The translations under genes were made by a program, and so were the position numbers. DNA of 63,893 nucleotides, counting the filler, from Globobulimina sp. (Eukaryota): assembly GCA_003354225.1 (NCBI GenBank). It is 31 parts of 31 records of this genome, joined end to end, with 100 filler letters (N's around TTAATTAATTAA, not from the genome) between each part and the next. Parts side by side here need not be neighbours in the genome. Positions count along the whole stretch, not along the records: positions 24,790 to 26,754 come from PIVH01010152.1; positions 26,855 to 28,819 come from PIVH01010153.1; positions 28,920 to 30,883 come from PIVH01010154.1; positions 30,984 to 32,947 come from PIVH01010155.1; positions 33,048 to 35,011 come from PIVH01010156.1; positions 35,112 to 37,075 come from PIVH01010157.1; 25 more parts are not named here. One strand, given 5' to 3'. Positions 24,790-37,175 of this stretch are shown one piece after another (positions within the stretch are counted from its first letter, which is position 1; the number at the start of each line of letters is the position of its first letter). Under the pieces are notes generated by a model. The model did not search any database and was not told the origin of the DNA. It saw nothing but the letters and a program-made list of their open reading frames with translations.

Positions 24790-25157
24790 CCTAATACACC
24801 CTTTCCATTATAACCACAACATTCATATGTTTTATCATCAAAAACAATATATGCTGCTACAAAACCCCAACGACCACCACAAGTAACAATATTTTTTATT
24901 TGTTTTTTAAATGTTTTTATTTTTGTTATTTTTTTAATATGTTCGTTTCCTCCATTTCCTTGTTGTCCATATTTGTTGTTGCCAATAGAATATAATTCCA
25001 ATAGAATATGATAGAATGCATGAATGATATTAATAATATCTCTATGGATGTATTGAGAAATACCGTTTCTAACGTATCCAGTTACTAATAATTGTGACTG
25101 TCTTACAAAGGTTGACTTATCGGAGAGGCGTATTGCAGTATTTAATAGACAGCCCAT
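24790..25157 (-). CDS. RCC1-repeat protein, N-terminal fragment (MGC lipidation-type start)
   Basis: LYSIGNNKYGQQGNG, CCGYNGKGVL; LLVTGYVR...DIINIIHAFY leader. Confidence 0.75.
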
Positions 25158-25262
25158 AGTAACCGAAATGTTTTATGAGTGAACAGTACTTTGTGTCTGT
25201 GAGATAACTCAGATTGCAACGAAAAAGATGTTTATAACAAATAAAATGCTTTAACTTTAACA

Positions 25263-26336
25263 ATGGCCTCAGGTAAGTCATAAGTGTCCCATATTAAAAT
25301 TCAATTTGCTTTTAATTTGACATTAATAGAGAGGTTACCGTACGTTCAAGCACATAAAACGTTTTTTGTTGAGCACATTGATTGGATATTGTATGAATCC
25401 GATAATGACAATAATATTGGTTCTAGGTCAAAGCATCGAGATATTGTATTAAAATTGTGTGTGTTGAACAAATTTGTGATGGAAAATAGCAGGAAAAACA
25501 TTCCTGTTCAAGCTTCCGCTGCAAGCAGATGGGACAATGTGTACAGTGATAAGTTTTTAACTTTCCTGCTGAATGAAGAAAAGACATCTTTTCAAAAAGT
25601 TACATTGAGACAGTTACGGGTAAATTGCAAGAATGATGATTTTGGGCTTATGTCTCGAAACATGCTGAATGAGAGACATTGTTATATTATGTATTCATTT
25701 TATTATGAAATATGGGGTGCGATGTTTGCAGAATATGTTCATGCGTTTAACAATGCTTCTGACCGTATTGCAGGTACACGGACTGTTAACATTCAATTCC
25801 AATTTGCTGAATAATTCACTGCTGAGTTATTGAATTATATTCAATGGAAATTATGTTTGAATTATTCAGCTACGGAATTCTTGAATTTTGCAGTGCTAAA
25901 TAACGCCGTTGCTATGGTTACTTTGTTTTTTTTAACATTTGTAACTGGGCCAATTTATGTTTTATCACGGTTTTGTAACGTGTTATTACCATTATTTGTA
26001 CTTTGTTATTTATATATGGATGGTGGTATTATTTTGTTTCATGATATTAATGCGTTTCAAGTAATTATGTGGACAGTTTATGTGTTTATGCTGTGTGTTT
26101 GGTTTATTTTGTTGTACTTTATATCTGTGGATGAATATTATTTATGGCATATTTTACCAAATACAAATTATATAAAAGGAGGTGGGAATTATGTGGAAGT
26201 ATCCAATCAAATTAAAAATTGCTATTTTGAAATAAAAACTTATCCAGTCATTGAAATGTTAATTTATGATTATTATGGTTCTGATATTGGTCATATTGTA
26301 TTGCATTATTATAATGCTATCAAACTTAATGGATGA
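25263..26336 (+). CDS. Membrane protein, unknown (introns 25273..25329 and 25774..25869)
   Basis: GTAAGT and GTACAC donors with phase-matched AG acceptors join ORFs 25284 and 25830; about 3 TM helices. Confidence 0.65.
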
Positions 26337-26854
26337 TACTGTAATATCATATGCATAAACAACCGATGTGATGTGGTTTGTGGCAAGAAACTTTAGCAGT
26401 TATTGTTTGTTGCAGTCAGCAGTTTTTTAAGCTTGATCAAATTTTGCGAAAAACACTTTTATTGCTAAAATAGAAACGCCATAAAATATAAACGATAAAA
26501 CAAACAAATAAATAAATAAAATTGTGCAAAAATAACAAATTAAATAGAAAGGTTAATCATTTCAAAATAAAGGAAATTAAAATGACAATGATTCTGATTC
26601 TGATTCTGATTCCGATTCCAATGACTGTCTTCTTTTGCCGCTGGCTTCACTTCTTTGCTTTGCTGAAATAACTGTCTTTTCCCAGTTTGTTTTGAACAAA
26701 ATGGCCCAAATAAGGGAGAAACGTATTAAAGCAACCAAGACTCCAGCGGACCACNNNNNNNNNNNNNNNNNNNNNNNNNNNNNNNNNNNNNNNNNNNNTT
26801 AATTAATTAANNNNNNNNNNNNNNNNNNNNNNNNNNNNNNNNNNNNNNNNNNNN

Positions 26855-27316
26855 TGAAGTCGTACTGTTATAACATTTATTTGTTATCAATGTGGTGTCG
26901 CGGTATGCTGCATTATCATTATGTATAATTGCCGCATCAGTTATAATTTTATCATTGTTACTTAGAATAGTTCCGGTTGATAAACAGTCGTTATTTAGAT
27001 AGGTTTTGTAGGTCAGGTATGAGGGCGTGACGCATTCTGTATCATTGCAATTGAAATTCGACGGCAACTGATTTGTAATAACACTCGGTGCGATGCTATC
27101 ATTACATTCATGCGAATTGCGCCACCATTTTACTATGATCTGATCATTGTTTTGGTTGCATTCTATCCTATAGCTTGTTATTGAGCTATCTGGACCTCTT
27201 TCGCGTTGACAATATCGCAATGGCTGTAGCTCATCGTTAATAACTGCCCATCCACAATAATTTGGTTGTGATGAATAGGAACCAAATAATGTCAGAAACA
27301 GTAGAAACGACAACAT
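26855..27316 (-). CDS. Secreted Cys-containing protein, N-terminal fragment
   Basis: MLSFLLFLTLFGSYSS signal then spaced cysteines. Confidence 0.65.
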
Positions 27317-27474
27317 GAGTTGAGTTAGTTGACAGAATGCGTTTCCAGTTTTTGTTAAATCTGCTTCAGTCAAAATCCGAAACAATCCGCAAATTGCTTC
27401 AGACTGCTGAAACATCCCTGTGAGTTGAGAGGAAATTGCAAAGCTTTTATACTTAATTGGTGTTTGAATTGATT

Positions 27475-28819
27475 TTAGAAAATATTGTTTATTGCTTCTC
27501 TCATATTATACATGTATTTCGACAATTTCTTTCGCCAATTTCTCCGAATTAATAATGTATTTCGACAATTTCTTTTTTCCTCAATTTTAAATCCGATTTT
27601 TTCAAATTTCTTTTTATATTTACATAATGCAAACGAGCATATCAATGAATTTAAATGATACCTTCTTTTCTTGTCATCATATTTATTGCTTCCTGATTTT
27701 TCATATTTTCTCATTATATTATCATGGATGGCATACAATATTTCAAATTTTTGATAATTCTCAGAATCATACCACTTTAATTTTGAATTTAATTCTTTTG
27801 CAATTCGATCCATTCCCATTCCTGTTTCAATTTTTTCATCATCACTTTTATTCAGCGATATTATAATTTGTTCCAACTTTGTCATTTTATTCTTATTTCC
27901 TAAAAATTTCAAAATATCATCAAATATAATGTCACATAAACGTATATTTTCAATTGCCAATATTTCCAAATTTGGATATAGTTTATTTACCATATCAAGT
28001 TTTATCCATTCATATTTTGAATAATAAAACGGTTTAAAAATACCAATATCTTTATCTGTTACATTGTTTTTCAAATCAGAATTTCTGATTTCTGTATTTC
28101 GAATACAATGTCGATGAAATAACTGTTGATAGTCATTAATATCAGCAAAAGATGATGGAATTGGTTGATTTGATAGCTCTCTGGTTACCAATTCCCGCAT
28201 TAAATTCCGCGTTCCACTGCCAAAATAATGCCCATTATAACTCAAATTCCCAAGGAATAAACGGATTATCTCATTTTCCTTCCCACAATCTCGAATTATA
28301 AATATCTCTCCATTTACTGCAAAAATGAAAGCATTTGAATCCGCAAATAATTTACTATAATTTTCCACAGCTTCAGCAAATGGTAAGACACTATTTGCGG
28401 TGGTCTTGATACACAACTGTTTATAATTAAAATTATTATAACAATTTATTATTGTATCCATTATTAATGGGCATAAATTGATGTTGGATACGCTTATTTC
28501 TTCAATATTGGATACTAAATCATTTAAAAAACTCATATCAATCCATTCATAATTAATATTCGAATCAAAAAATAAGTCTTTTAAACATTCCTGTCTATGA
28601 ATCTTAATTGTTTTAAATTTTTGAACATATTTTTTGCATATTTGCGTCGCATATGGTGTAACTGTAGAAAATAATTTATATTTAGCTGCTGTTGCTGGTA
28701 ATTGATTTCTTAAAACAGCTCTCATCAAACATTGCATCGAATCTGTTACATTTAATGTTTCATTGTTTTCATCTACGGGCGCACTTATTACGTCTTTTAT
28801 ACTTCGCACACTATGAACC
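27475..28819 (-). CDS. Hypothetical protein with an internally duplicated domain, 5'-truncated
   Basis: YEWIDMSFLNDLVSNIEEISVSNINLCPLIMDTII versus YEWIKLDMVNKLYPNLEILAIENIRLCDIIFDDIL. Confidence 0.7.
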
Positions 28820-29273
28820 NNNNNNNNNNNNNNNNNNNNNNNNNNNNNNNNNNNNNNNNNNNNTTAATTAATTAANNNNNNNNNNNNNNNNNNNNNNNNN
28901 NNNNNNNNNNNNNNNNNNNCACATAAACTGCTTGGGCGTGAATGGATTGAATGCATGATAGGATGGCCAATAGTGAGATCATTGTTAAAATAATAGAAAA
29001 AAAAAACTTTATCTAAAGTTTTATGATGACAATCAGACCGGCCTTCGAGTTCACTATGTTTTATCGTTGTGACGAAACAGAGATTGAGTGCAAGGATATG
29101 AAAACATCGCAAAAACCATCTGAAATAAATATTAAATCGGAAATTTTATGAAATAAATAATTAATCACTATGATATTAATTCTGTAGCATTTTATCACAT
29201 TGGTTGATATCAGATATCTAGAGAATTTTAAAACAATTTGTTTGATTTGCAAGCATTTCAATGCATGTATTTG

Positions 29274-29820
29274 TTATTTTGATTCCGATGCGTATCTTTT
29301 TGTCCATTCCATCGCATTTTTATGTGCTTCCTTTAGATTTGATTTCCATAACGCGGCTACTTGATTATCCAATGGATCATCTGGATTTGGGTCCTATTCA
29401 TATTAATTAAAATATGTACATGATTATGTATTTATATATTATATATATTATATTAACCTGCATTAGAACTTGAATTGACAAACATAAGCGAGACACAGTG
29501 AGAGCGGGCGTCCATTTATCCTTCAAAACATCTAAACAAATTCTACCGACTTTGTCGACATTTGGATGATAGATTTTGGTTAAAAATCTACATTTTGGTG
29601 GTTTCATTGGATATTTATCGGTTAAAAACATTTCAATATGAAATACACCGCCTTCATACGATGTATCAACTGGTCCTTCTATCTCAATATCAAAATATCG
29701 GTAATTATCATCATGTGGTCGCACACTAATTCCTGTTGGACAATCTTTCTCCAATCTCATCAATTCTTTCTTTAATCGTTTTGGTAACCCTTTATATTTT
29801 TCATTATTATTCGACGACAT
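29274..29820 (-). CDS. UBC13: Ubiquitin-conjugating enzyme E2, UBC13/UBE2N-like (intron 29394..29457)
   Basis: [34 protein letters not shown]; exon 2 [17 protein letters not shown]...WTKRYA. Confidence 0.92.
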
Positions 29821-29889
29821 ACTTCAACCCAACGATGAAAAACTTCACTTCCAAACAAAACTTTTGCTCTCACACAGTCTAATAGCATA

Positions 29890-30628
29890 ATGTCAGTCAA
29901 TATACCGAAAGTATTTCGAATGCCACGGCCCAGACCTGGCGTAAAACGTGGATTCAAATACAATAGAAAAGTTCCTCGTGTTTTAGAACGTGTATTAAAG
30001 AAAAAAATGTTGGCCAAAGAGATTGCAGTCAAACGGTGGAAAGACAAAGTTGCTGAAAACGCATTGCAACCACAACCAGTGCCAGTTGATTCGAATGGAA
30101 TTCCTGAAGAGATAAAATATGGTAAAAACTTAACAATGGCTTATCGGGTCAAACAATATCAAACCGAATATTTAGATCCGACGCCGTTTATAACCGATCA
30201 AGTTTATTAGTATAATTCTCCTGAAATTTCTCAGTTATTTATAAAAAATTAAACATAAATACACATAGAAAGAGGGAGAGAAATGGTTTTTGAATAAGAT
30301 GGCTAAATTGAATGACTATCAACAGAATAGAAAGAAATGGAAAAGTTTTTTGAATTCCACAAGTTTGTCAACGCGAGTTGTTGGACATAATATTAATAAG
30401 ATACCAAATAATCAGGCGCCAATCACTAAATTCTGGAATAAACAAACTGTGGATTGGTTGTCTGATAATCGATGGAAGGAATTACATAGACACGGCATGC
30501 ACGGACAACACATATATGCCTATTTTAAAAAGTATGACAGATGCAATCAATATAGAGATTGGCCTGCGCACAATGAGGTTATTGCTACTATGCATTCAGC
30601 ACAGAAACAAAATGATAGAACCAAATAA
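29890..30628 (+). CDS. Basic hypothetical protein (intron 30202..30268), possibly mitochondrial RNA-binding or ribosomal
   Basis: Phase-0 intron joins ORFs 29890 and 30290; Arg/Lys-rich N-terminus. Confidence 0.65.
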
Positions 30629-30983
30629 GTCCGTCTCTTGTGAATAATTAATAATGTACTAATATTATTGAGCTTTGTTACGAGAATCAAATAGTGAATT
30701 TTTACTTAAAATTCAGCGACACTGTATCTAAAAACATTTATACTCCATCTTCACCTATTCAATCCATGCAGTATTAAATACAAACATTTATTTGTCCCTT
30801 GCAATACCTTTTGAGCAATAAAATGTATCTATCCTAGCAATATAGAGCTAGCAGCTGATCGGAAGTCTATATTTAGATCCTAANNNNNNNNNNNNNNNNN
30901 NNNNNNNNNNNNNNNNNNNNNNNNNNNTTAATTAATTAANNNNNNNNNNNNNNNNNNNNNNNNNNNNNNNNNNNNNNNNNNNN

Positions 30984-32821
30984 AGTAAAAGTAAAAAAAA
31001 GAAAGTGGCATACAGAGAGGAGGTGGATATCGAAGAGGCTGCGCAAGATATGCATACGTTGTATAATAGAATATGTATTAAATTCAACATTGTCAATGCG
31101 GAGACTGTACCGTTTATACCCAAAGCAAGCGAACAAGAAGTCCGCGATCGGAGGGATAGGAAATTAAATCCGTATAAATACCTAAAACAAGAAGATATGG
31201 CTGCCGATGTTGACAGTGATAGTGATGATGGTGACACTAAGGTATATATATTATACTGTTATATTAAATATTTTGTTAATATTTGTGTTTATCAAAGGTG
31301 CAATTAACAGTACAAGATTCAGAGAATAAGCCTTCTTTACGTCGCACTGACGTGAAAATGGGAGATAATGAATGCGAAGATAATGAATGCGATTCAGAAT
31401 ATGCATATGAACAAAAAAAAGACACACGAACGGAAGACAATTTCCAAGGTGCACTGTCATGCAGTTATTGGACGCCCGCAAATATCACCTTGCCCTATAA
31501 AATGGTGATCAAATCGGTGAGTTTAGGTGGTGCACATATGGTGGTTTTGGATATTCTTGGCCAGGTTTGGAGTTCTGGAACATTTATGAATGACGGTGTA
31601 CTGGGACACCATTGGGATGCTGAACGGAAATTAATTATACGTTATCAACGTACATTGCATCGTATCTCTAATATCGAGTCACATGATGATGGCCTCTATT
31701 CCCAGTCAAAAAACAAAAGCTTGCCCGAAATTGCTAAGATCGCATCCGGTGCCAATCATTTCTTAATGCTGGACACCAGCGGACATATATGGACTATGGG
31801 TGTGACTAAATTGGGCCAGCGATGGTGTCGGAGGAACATCAAAAAGTATCTCTGCCCGCAGCGGATCAGTGTGATTAACCACAACAAAGCCCTGCGCCCC
31901 AAACACCGCTCAAATGCCATCAGATTTCGCGACATTGCCTGTGGTTACCATCACAACGTAGCCATCTCAAAGGATGAGGGAGATTTGTATTCGTGGGGAC
32001 AGAATATATGGATCCAATGCGGCCATCCGCCCCCGAAATGTGGCTATTCGAAATATGGCAATGTGGTGGATCAGCCGCGGTGGGTCCCGTTTTTTAAAAG
32101 TAAACTGAACAGCAATGACAGCGAAGAGGAGGATGTCGTAACGGCATATGAGGATTATCCAAAGGTGAAGCAAGTGGTAGCTGGGGAACATATGACCGTT
32201 GCTTTGGACGAAAGTGGGAGAGTATGGACTTGCGGTCGTAATGCTTGCGGTGCGTTGGGGAGGAAGACTGAAGTTGAACCGGATATGATGAGGTGTGTGG
32301 AGGACTTCGCTGCGAATGTGTGTATTGATTGGATTGGCTGTGGCTCGGTGTTCTGGTTCGGCCATGATAAGCACACTGGGAATGTGTATACGTTTGGCGA
32401 TTCGTCGTCTGGTCGCGCAGGGATTGGACAGTGGAAGTATTCGGGCGGAAGGACTGTGTTTGATAAATATAATATGGATCTGAGCAAATATGAAATTACG
32501 TCGGCCAATGGCGGCTCGGACCACTCTGTGTTTACAATTCAAAGGAAAGCACCGGCGTTGTCGCGCAGACATTCGTCGATAAATTCGAATTCCAGTTCGA
32601 GGGAATCGGCGTTGACGTTGGATGAATCGATGATGAATTCGTTTGAAAATTTGGAAACAAACTTAAAGCCACAAGGTCTAAATCAGGATAAAAATAAGAA
32701 TAAGAATAATAAAACAATGCCAGCTACACATCAACCAAAAAGAAAAAATAAGAAAAGGAGATTTGGTGAGATCGAGTCAATTGTGGGCATTCCGGAGGAA
32801 CATGAAACAGTGGAAAATTAA
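30984..32821 (+). CDS. RCC1-family beta-propeller protein (intron 31242..31297), 5'-truncated
   Basis: VSLGGAHMVVL, IASGANHFLML, IACGYHHNVAI, VVAGEHMTVAL, GGSDHSVF; basic NLS-like tail. Confidence 0.9.
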
Positions 32822-33047
32822 TTTTTTGATTGGATGATTTCATTTTTGTTTTAGTTTTTTTTTTTATTTAAATGTTAAATATTTAAAATTCGTGACTATG
32901 GACACAATATCCGCGCCGAATAACTCGCTGTCGGTATAGATTATAGANNNNNNNNNNNNNNNNNNNNNNNNNNNNNNNNNNNNNNNNNNNNTTAATTAAT
33001 TAANNNNNNNNNNNNNNNNNNNNNNNNNNNNNNNNNNNNNNNNNNNN

Positions 33048-33625
33048 GCAAATCCGCTCCATGGGAATATGAGTATGATATCGTTACACACACAGCGGTT
33101 ACATCCCATACATTGGCCGAATTGAAAAGCTTTGTGACATTTAATGCACGCAACGTAACACAAAAAAGCAGTCAACAAATCCGATTGGAAAACAACACAG
33201 ATCAAATACAACCAATCAAAGTGTCTGGACAGCTGAGTCAATCTCCGCAGTGGTCCGATCCCAAAAAGATACACAAAGGCATCGAGTGGCTCAAACATGC
33301 TCCAATTTGTTAAGTTTATTTTTATGCCAAAATGTCATAATTTATAAGAATTTATAATTAAATTATATTTACAGTCGGTATTATTTTTGTATGCATTGGT
33401 CTCATGTTTGGAGCGTTGTTTATTGTGATTAAGAATTATTTGCTAATTGTACACAAGAATAAATGTGAAATTGATACTGTTATAAATAAACAAGATACAT
33501 TGCCAAGTATTACCGATAGATATTGTATTGAAACAGAAGCAGGATTTGAATCTCATCCAAACAAAATTTTTAAATTCGATGACTTTCCGAAAGAAAAAAT
33601 CAAAAATTTGGAGCGAACATTGTAA
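33048..33625 (+). CDS. C-terminal fragment of a membrane protein with a probable intron
   Basis: Two short ORFs separated by an AT-rich GT..AG segment at about 33309-33374. Confidence 0.35.
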
Positions 33626-33787
33626 AAACTCAAACAAACCTATATGTGGCCTTTATTACTCTTTACATCATTTTTATGACTCTTTCTTGAATATTATGTT
33701 CATTAGTATAATTTATGATTTGTCGATACGATGGCAGCACATTGCTATAACTGAAAACTCTGCAAAACTTTGAAAAATATTTTTACA

Positions 33788-34780
33788 ATGGCAGAGGAAC
33801 AATATTCCCAACTACAAGAAGTAGAGAAGATTTTTATAATTATTGGATTTTTTGTATTATGTCCAATTGGTTTGGTACTCTCCACAATGATGGTGACTGC
33901 CTTGGTTAAGCAGAGAAAACAAGACACAAAATTAAATACATTATATGCAAAACCAATGAAACCTGCAATAATATCTCTGACATTTTCGTTATTTGTATAT
34001 TTATGGACGATATTATTTTGTAGTGATGTGTTAATACCGTGGACCTTCACAGATAAAAATTTAAATTTTATATTTATCACAGATTCGTTGTTTACTGCAT
34101 TTTATTGTGTTGCAAAAATCTCATTCTATTTCAGTTTTTCATATTTTATATTATTGTTGTTTAACAAAAGTGGAAAAAGAGAATGTGTTATGCAGTTCAC
34201 ATTTATTGCATGTTTTAGTATAATTTTTTTGTGTGGTGCTTATTTGGTGGATGATATGATTGAAGATTCTTTGAAAGAAATTGGTTACATTGAATCTGCG
34301 GACATTAATATTCATGTTGTTATGATTTGGGGCCATGATGGGACTGATTTAGCTCAATGGTTTGCTTTAGCTCATTTTGTTGTGGATATGCTTTATTTCA
34401 TCATCTTAAATATGATATTTTTTGTGCGGTTACGAGAGATAGAAACTGCAGACAGAGCGGAAGAAGTAGTACCAATGTTCGATGTTGAAATTGGTATAAA
34501 AGGAATTGTTTTATTGCTGTGGTGTAGCTTAATATTTTGGATTGTTTCTACGTTGATATATTTTGGTACTTCATTGCGATGGATCGGTTATATTGATTTA
34601 ATAGTAAATAATATTTGTTTGTATTTGTTATTTAAAGAACAACAGGATAAATATAATAGATTTTGTAAAATATGTGATGTTGCATGTACTAAAATTATTT
34701 ATCATAAACAAAGATATGACGAATTGTCGCAATCTAATGATCAAACTGATGATGATATGTCAGATTTACGTGATTTGTAA
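33788..34780 (+). CDS. Seven-TM (GPCR-like) membrane protein
   Basis: About seven hydrophobic helices; ends DLIVNNICLYLLF...RFCKICD. Confidence 0.65.
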   Translation: MAEEQYSQLQEVEKIFIIIGFFVLCPIGLVLSTMMVTALVKQRKQDTKLNTLYAKPMKPAIISLTFSLFVYLWTILFCSDVLIPWTFTDKNLNFIFITDSLFTAFYCVAKISFYFSFSYFILLLFNKSGKRECVMQFTFIACFSIIFLCGAYLVDDMIEDSLKEIGYIESADINIHVVMIWGHDGTDLAQWFALAHFVVDMLYFIILNMIFFVRLREIETADRAEEVVPMFDVEIGIKGIVLLLWCSLIFWIVSTLIYFGTSLRWIGYIDLIVNNICLYLLFKEQQDKYNRFCKICDVACTKIIYHKQRYDELSQSNDQTDDDMSDLRDL

Positions 34781-34934
34781 TTATTGTAATATATTAAATT
34801 AATTTTTTTTATTATAATTTAAATTCCTTTGAAATCTGTTTACCATAAAGATAATTCAACGTACGATATATCCCATTAGATAACCCATGGCGATACTTTC
34901 CCTGTAGATTGGTTAAAAAGGATTTGGTTTCAGA

Positions 34935-34959
34935 ATATCCTTGCACTGCTGGAAGATGG
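34935..34959. repeat. Dispersed 25-mer ATATCCTTGCACTGCTGGAAGATGG, copy 1
   Basis: Exact match to 63692..63716 on another contig. Confidence 0.9.
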
Positions 34960-35111
34960 TGGTTCCATTATCACCATTCTAAAAAAACTGAAACGAAATC
35001 CTTTCGAACCANNNNNNNNNNNNNNNNNNNNNNNNNNNNNNNNNNNNNNNNNNNNTTAATTAATTAANNNNNNNNNNNNNNNNNNNNNNNNNNNNNNNNN
35101 NNNNNNNNNNN

Positions 35112-36680
35112 CCATCCGCAGTATGTTATTATAACTTATCATACGGTGAGATCGCAGACCACCAAGCTCGAAACAAAGAGGGCTTATTCGCCAACAACGG
35201 CGCCTTCGCAGTGGATACCGGCAAGTTCACCGGTCGCAGCGCATTGGATAAATACATCGTAGATCAGGAACCATCCACAGACAAAGTCTGGTGGGGAGAC
35301 ATCAACCGCAAAATGGACATATCCGTCTATAACAAATTGAAGGACCAAGTCATGTTTTATTACAAGAACAAAGTGGACCAAGTCTACGTATTGGACGCCT
35401 TCTGCGGCGCTTCCAAAACCGCAGCAAAAAAAGTGCGCTTCATAACGGAGAAGGCGTGGCATCACCACTTTGTTAAAAACATGTTCATCGAGGCCAAACC
35501 AGACGAATTGAAGGGCTTTGTACCCGATTTCACGGTGATTAATTGCTACGGCCTCACGGATGACAAGTGGCAAAAACATGGGCTGCACTCTGACGTCTAT
35601 GTCTCTTTCAGCATTGAGGAGCGCACCGCCATTATAGGCGGTGCCTGGTACGGCGGCGAGATGAAAAAAGGCATTTTTAGCATGATGCATTACTGGCTGC
35701 CACAGCAACACATTCTATCCATGCACTGTTCTGCCAATGTGGGCGATGCCGACGACGACGTTTGTTTATTTTTTGGCTTATCCGGGACTGGAAAAACTAC
35801 GCTATCCACGGACCCCTATCGCCGTTTGATCGGCGATGACGAGCATGGCTGGGACAATGACGGCGTGTTCAATTTCGAAGGTGGCTGCTACGCGAAAACG
35901 GCAAAGTTGTCTACGGAAACCGAGCCGGAAATCTATAATGCGGTGAGAAACAATGCGTTGTTGGAAAACGTGTGGATTGACCCCAATACGCGGGAAGTGG
36001 ACTATTTTAATATGTCGTTGACAGAGAATGGAAGGGTCTCATATCCGATTGAACATATTGAGAACCGCGAGGCGACTCTGTCCGGCGGACATCCATCGTA
36101 TATAATATTTTTGTGCTGCGACGCATTTGGGACATTGCCGCCCGTTGCACGGCTGTCTCCGGGCCAGGCAATGTATCATTTTATCTCTGGTTATACCGCC
36201 AAAGTCGCCGGGACGGAGCGCGGCATTAAGGAACCGACGGCCACGTTTAGTCCGTGTTATGGTGCTGCGTTTTTGACGTTGCATCCGATGGAATATGCGA
36301 GTTTGTTTAAGGAGAAGTTGGAGCAACATGAGGTGGACTGTTATTTGGTGAACACGGGATGGAGCGGCGGCGCCTACGGCATGGAGGGCGGCGAGAGAAT
36401 GAGTATAAAGACTACGCGGTCGTGTATTGACGCTATATTTTCGGGCGAGATCAAGAAGACACAGTTTAGGACGGATAAGGTGTTTGGCTTCGATGTGCCG
36501 GTGGCGTTGGCCGGTGTGGATGCCAATATTTTGGATGCTAGGAACACGTGGAAGGATAAGGATATGTACGATTTTAAATATCATGAGTTGGGCGAGATGT
36601 TTGCGAGGAATATTGATATGTATGCGGATCCGGAGAAATATAAAGAATTTGGACCAACAAGTAAAGGAATACAATTTTAG
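35112..36680 (+). CDS. pckA: Phosphoenolpyruvate carboxykinase (ATP), 5'-truncated
   Basis: TGKFTGRS, YGGEMKKGIFS, MHCSAN, GLSGTGKTTLS, LIGDDEHGW, FNFEGGCYAK. Confidence 0.98.
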   Translation, partial: PSAVCYYNLSYGEIADHQARNKEGLFANNGAFAVDTGKFTGRSALDKYIVDQEPSTDKVWWGDINRKMDISVYNKLKDQVMFYYKNKVDQVYVLDAFCGASKTAAKKVRFITEKAWHHHFVKNMFIEAKPDELKGFVPDFTVINCYGLTDDKWQKHGLHSDVYVSFSIEERTAIIGGAWYGGEMKKGIFSMMHYWLPQQHILSMHCSANVGDADDDVCLFFGLSGTGKTTLSTDPYRRLIGDDEHGWDNDGVFNFEGGCYAKTAKLSTETEPEIYNAVRNNALLENVWIDPNTREVDYFNMSLTENGRVSYPIEHIENREATLSGGHPSYIIFLCCDAFGTLPPVARLSPGQAMYHFISGYTAKVAGTERGIKEPTATFSPCYGAAFLTLHPMEYASLFKEKLEQHEVDCYLVNTGWSGGAYGMEGGERMSIKTTRSCIDAIFSGEIKKTQFRTDKVFGFDVPVALAGVDANILDARNTWKDKDMYDFKYHELGEMFARNIDMYADPEKYKEFGPTSKGIQF

Positions 36681-36906
36681 TTTTTTTGTGTATGTTATTT
36701 TTTGTGATTGAATTTTTTTTTGGTGATTGTAATTTTTTGTGTTTGTTATTTTGCGTTTGTCCTGTATTAGTTTAATAATCTACTCCTAATTACTAAATAG
36801 TAAATATCTAATTCTTCAAAACACTTAAACAGATAAACACTTAAACACTCATCGAAAAATAGGCAAAGCATTGCTATCATCATAGCAGTAAGACTAAAAG
36901 CGCAAC

Positions 36907-37051
36907 ATTGTGGCGTCGCACTTTTTCAATTTTCATGGTGAATTTCCATTTGAAATGATTCGACAATGAAATCATTTAAATAAAGTTCAAAGGTGTCACA
37001 ATTTAATACCATGCAATTGACATTTTTAAACAAAAACGCGACAGCCACAAT
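36907..37051. repeat. About 145-bp imperfect inverted repeat
   Basis: ATTGTGGCGTCGC / GCGACAGCCACAAT outer arms; TCAATTTTCATGGT / ACCATGCAATTGA; AAATGATT / AATCATTT inner arms. Confidence 0.7.
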
Positions 37052-37175
37052 CAATATTCTCATTCTTTTTACACCNNNNNNNNNNNNNNNNNNNNNNNNN
37101 NNNNNNNNNNNNNNNNNNNTTAATTAATTAANNNNNNNNNNNNNNNNNNNNNNNNNNNNNNNNNNNNNNNNNNNN

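Noticed and set aside
35112-36680. Intronless PEPCK as bacterial contamination or transfer
   Set aside because: ATP-type PEPCK is widespread in protists and the 3' flank matches host-type AT-rich DNA; a phylogeny would be needed
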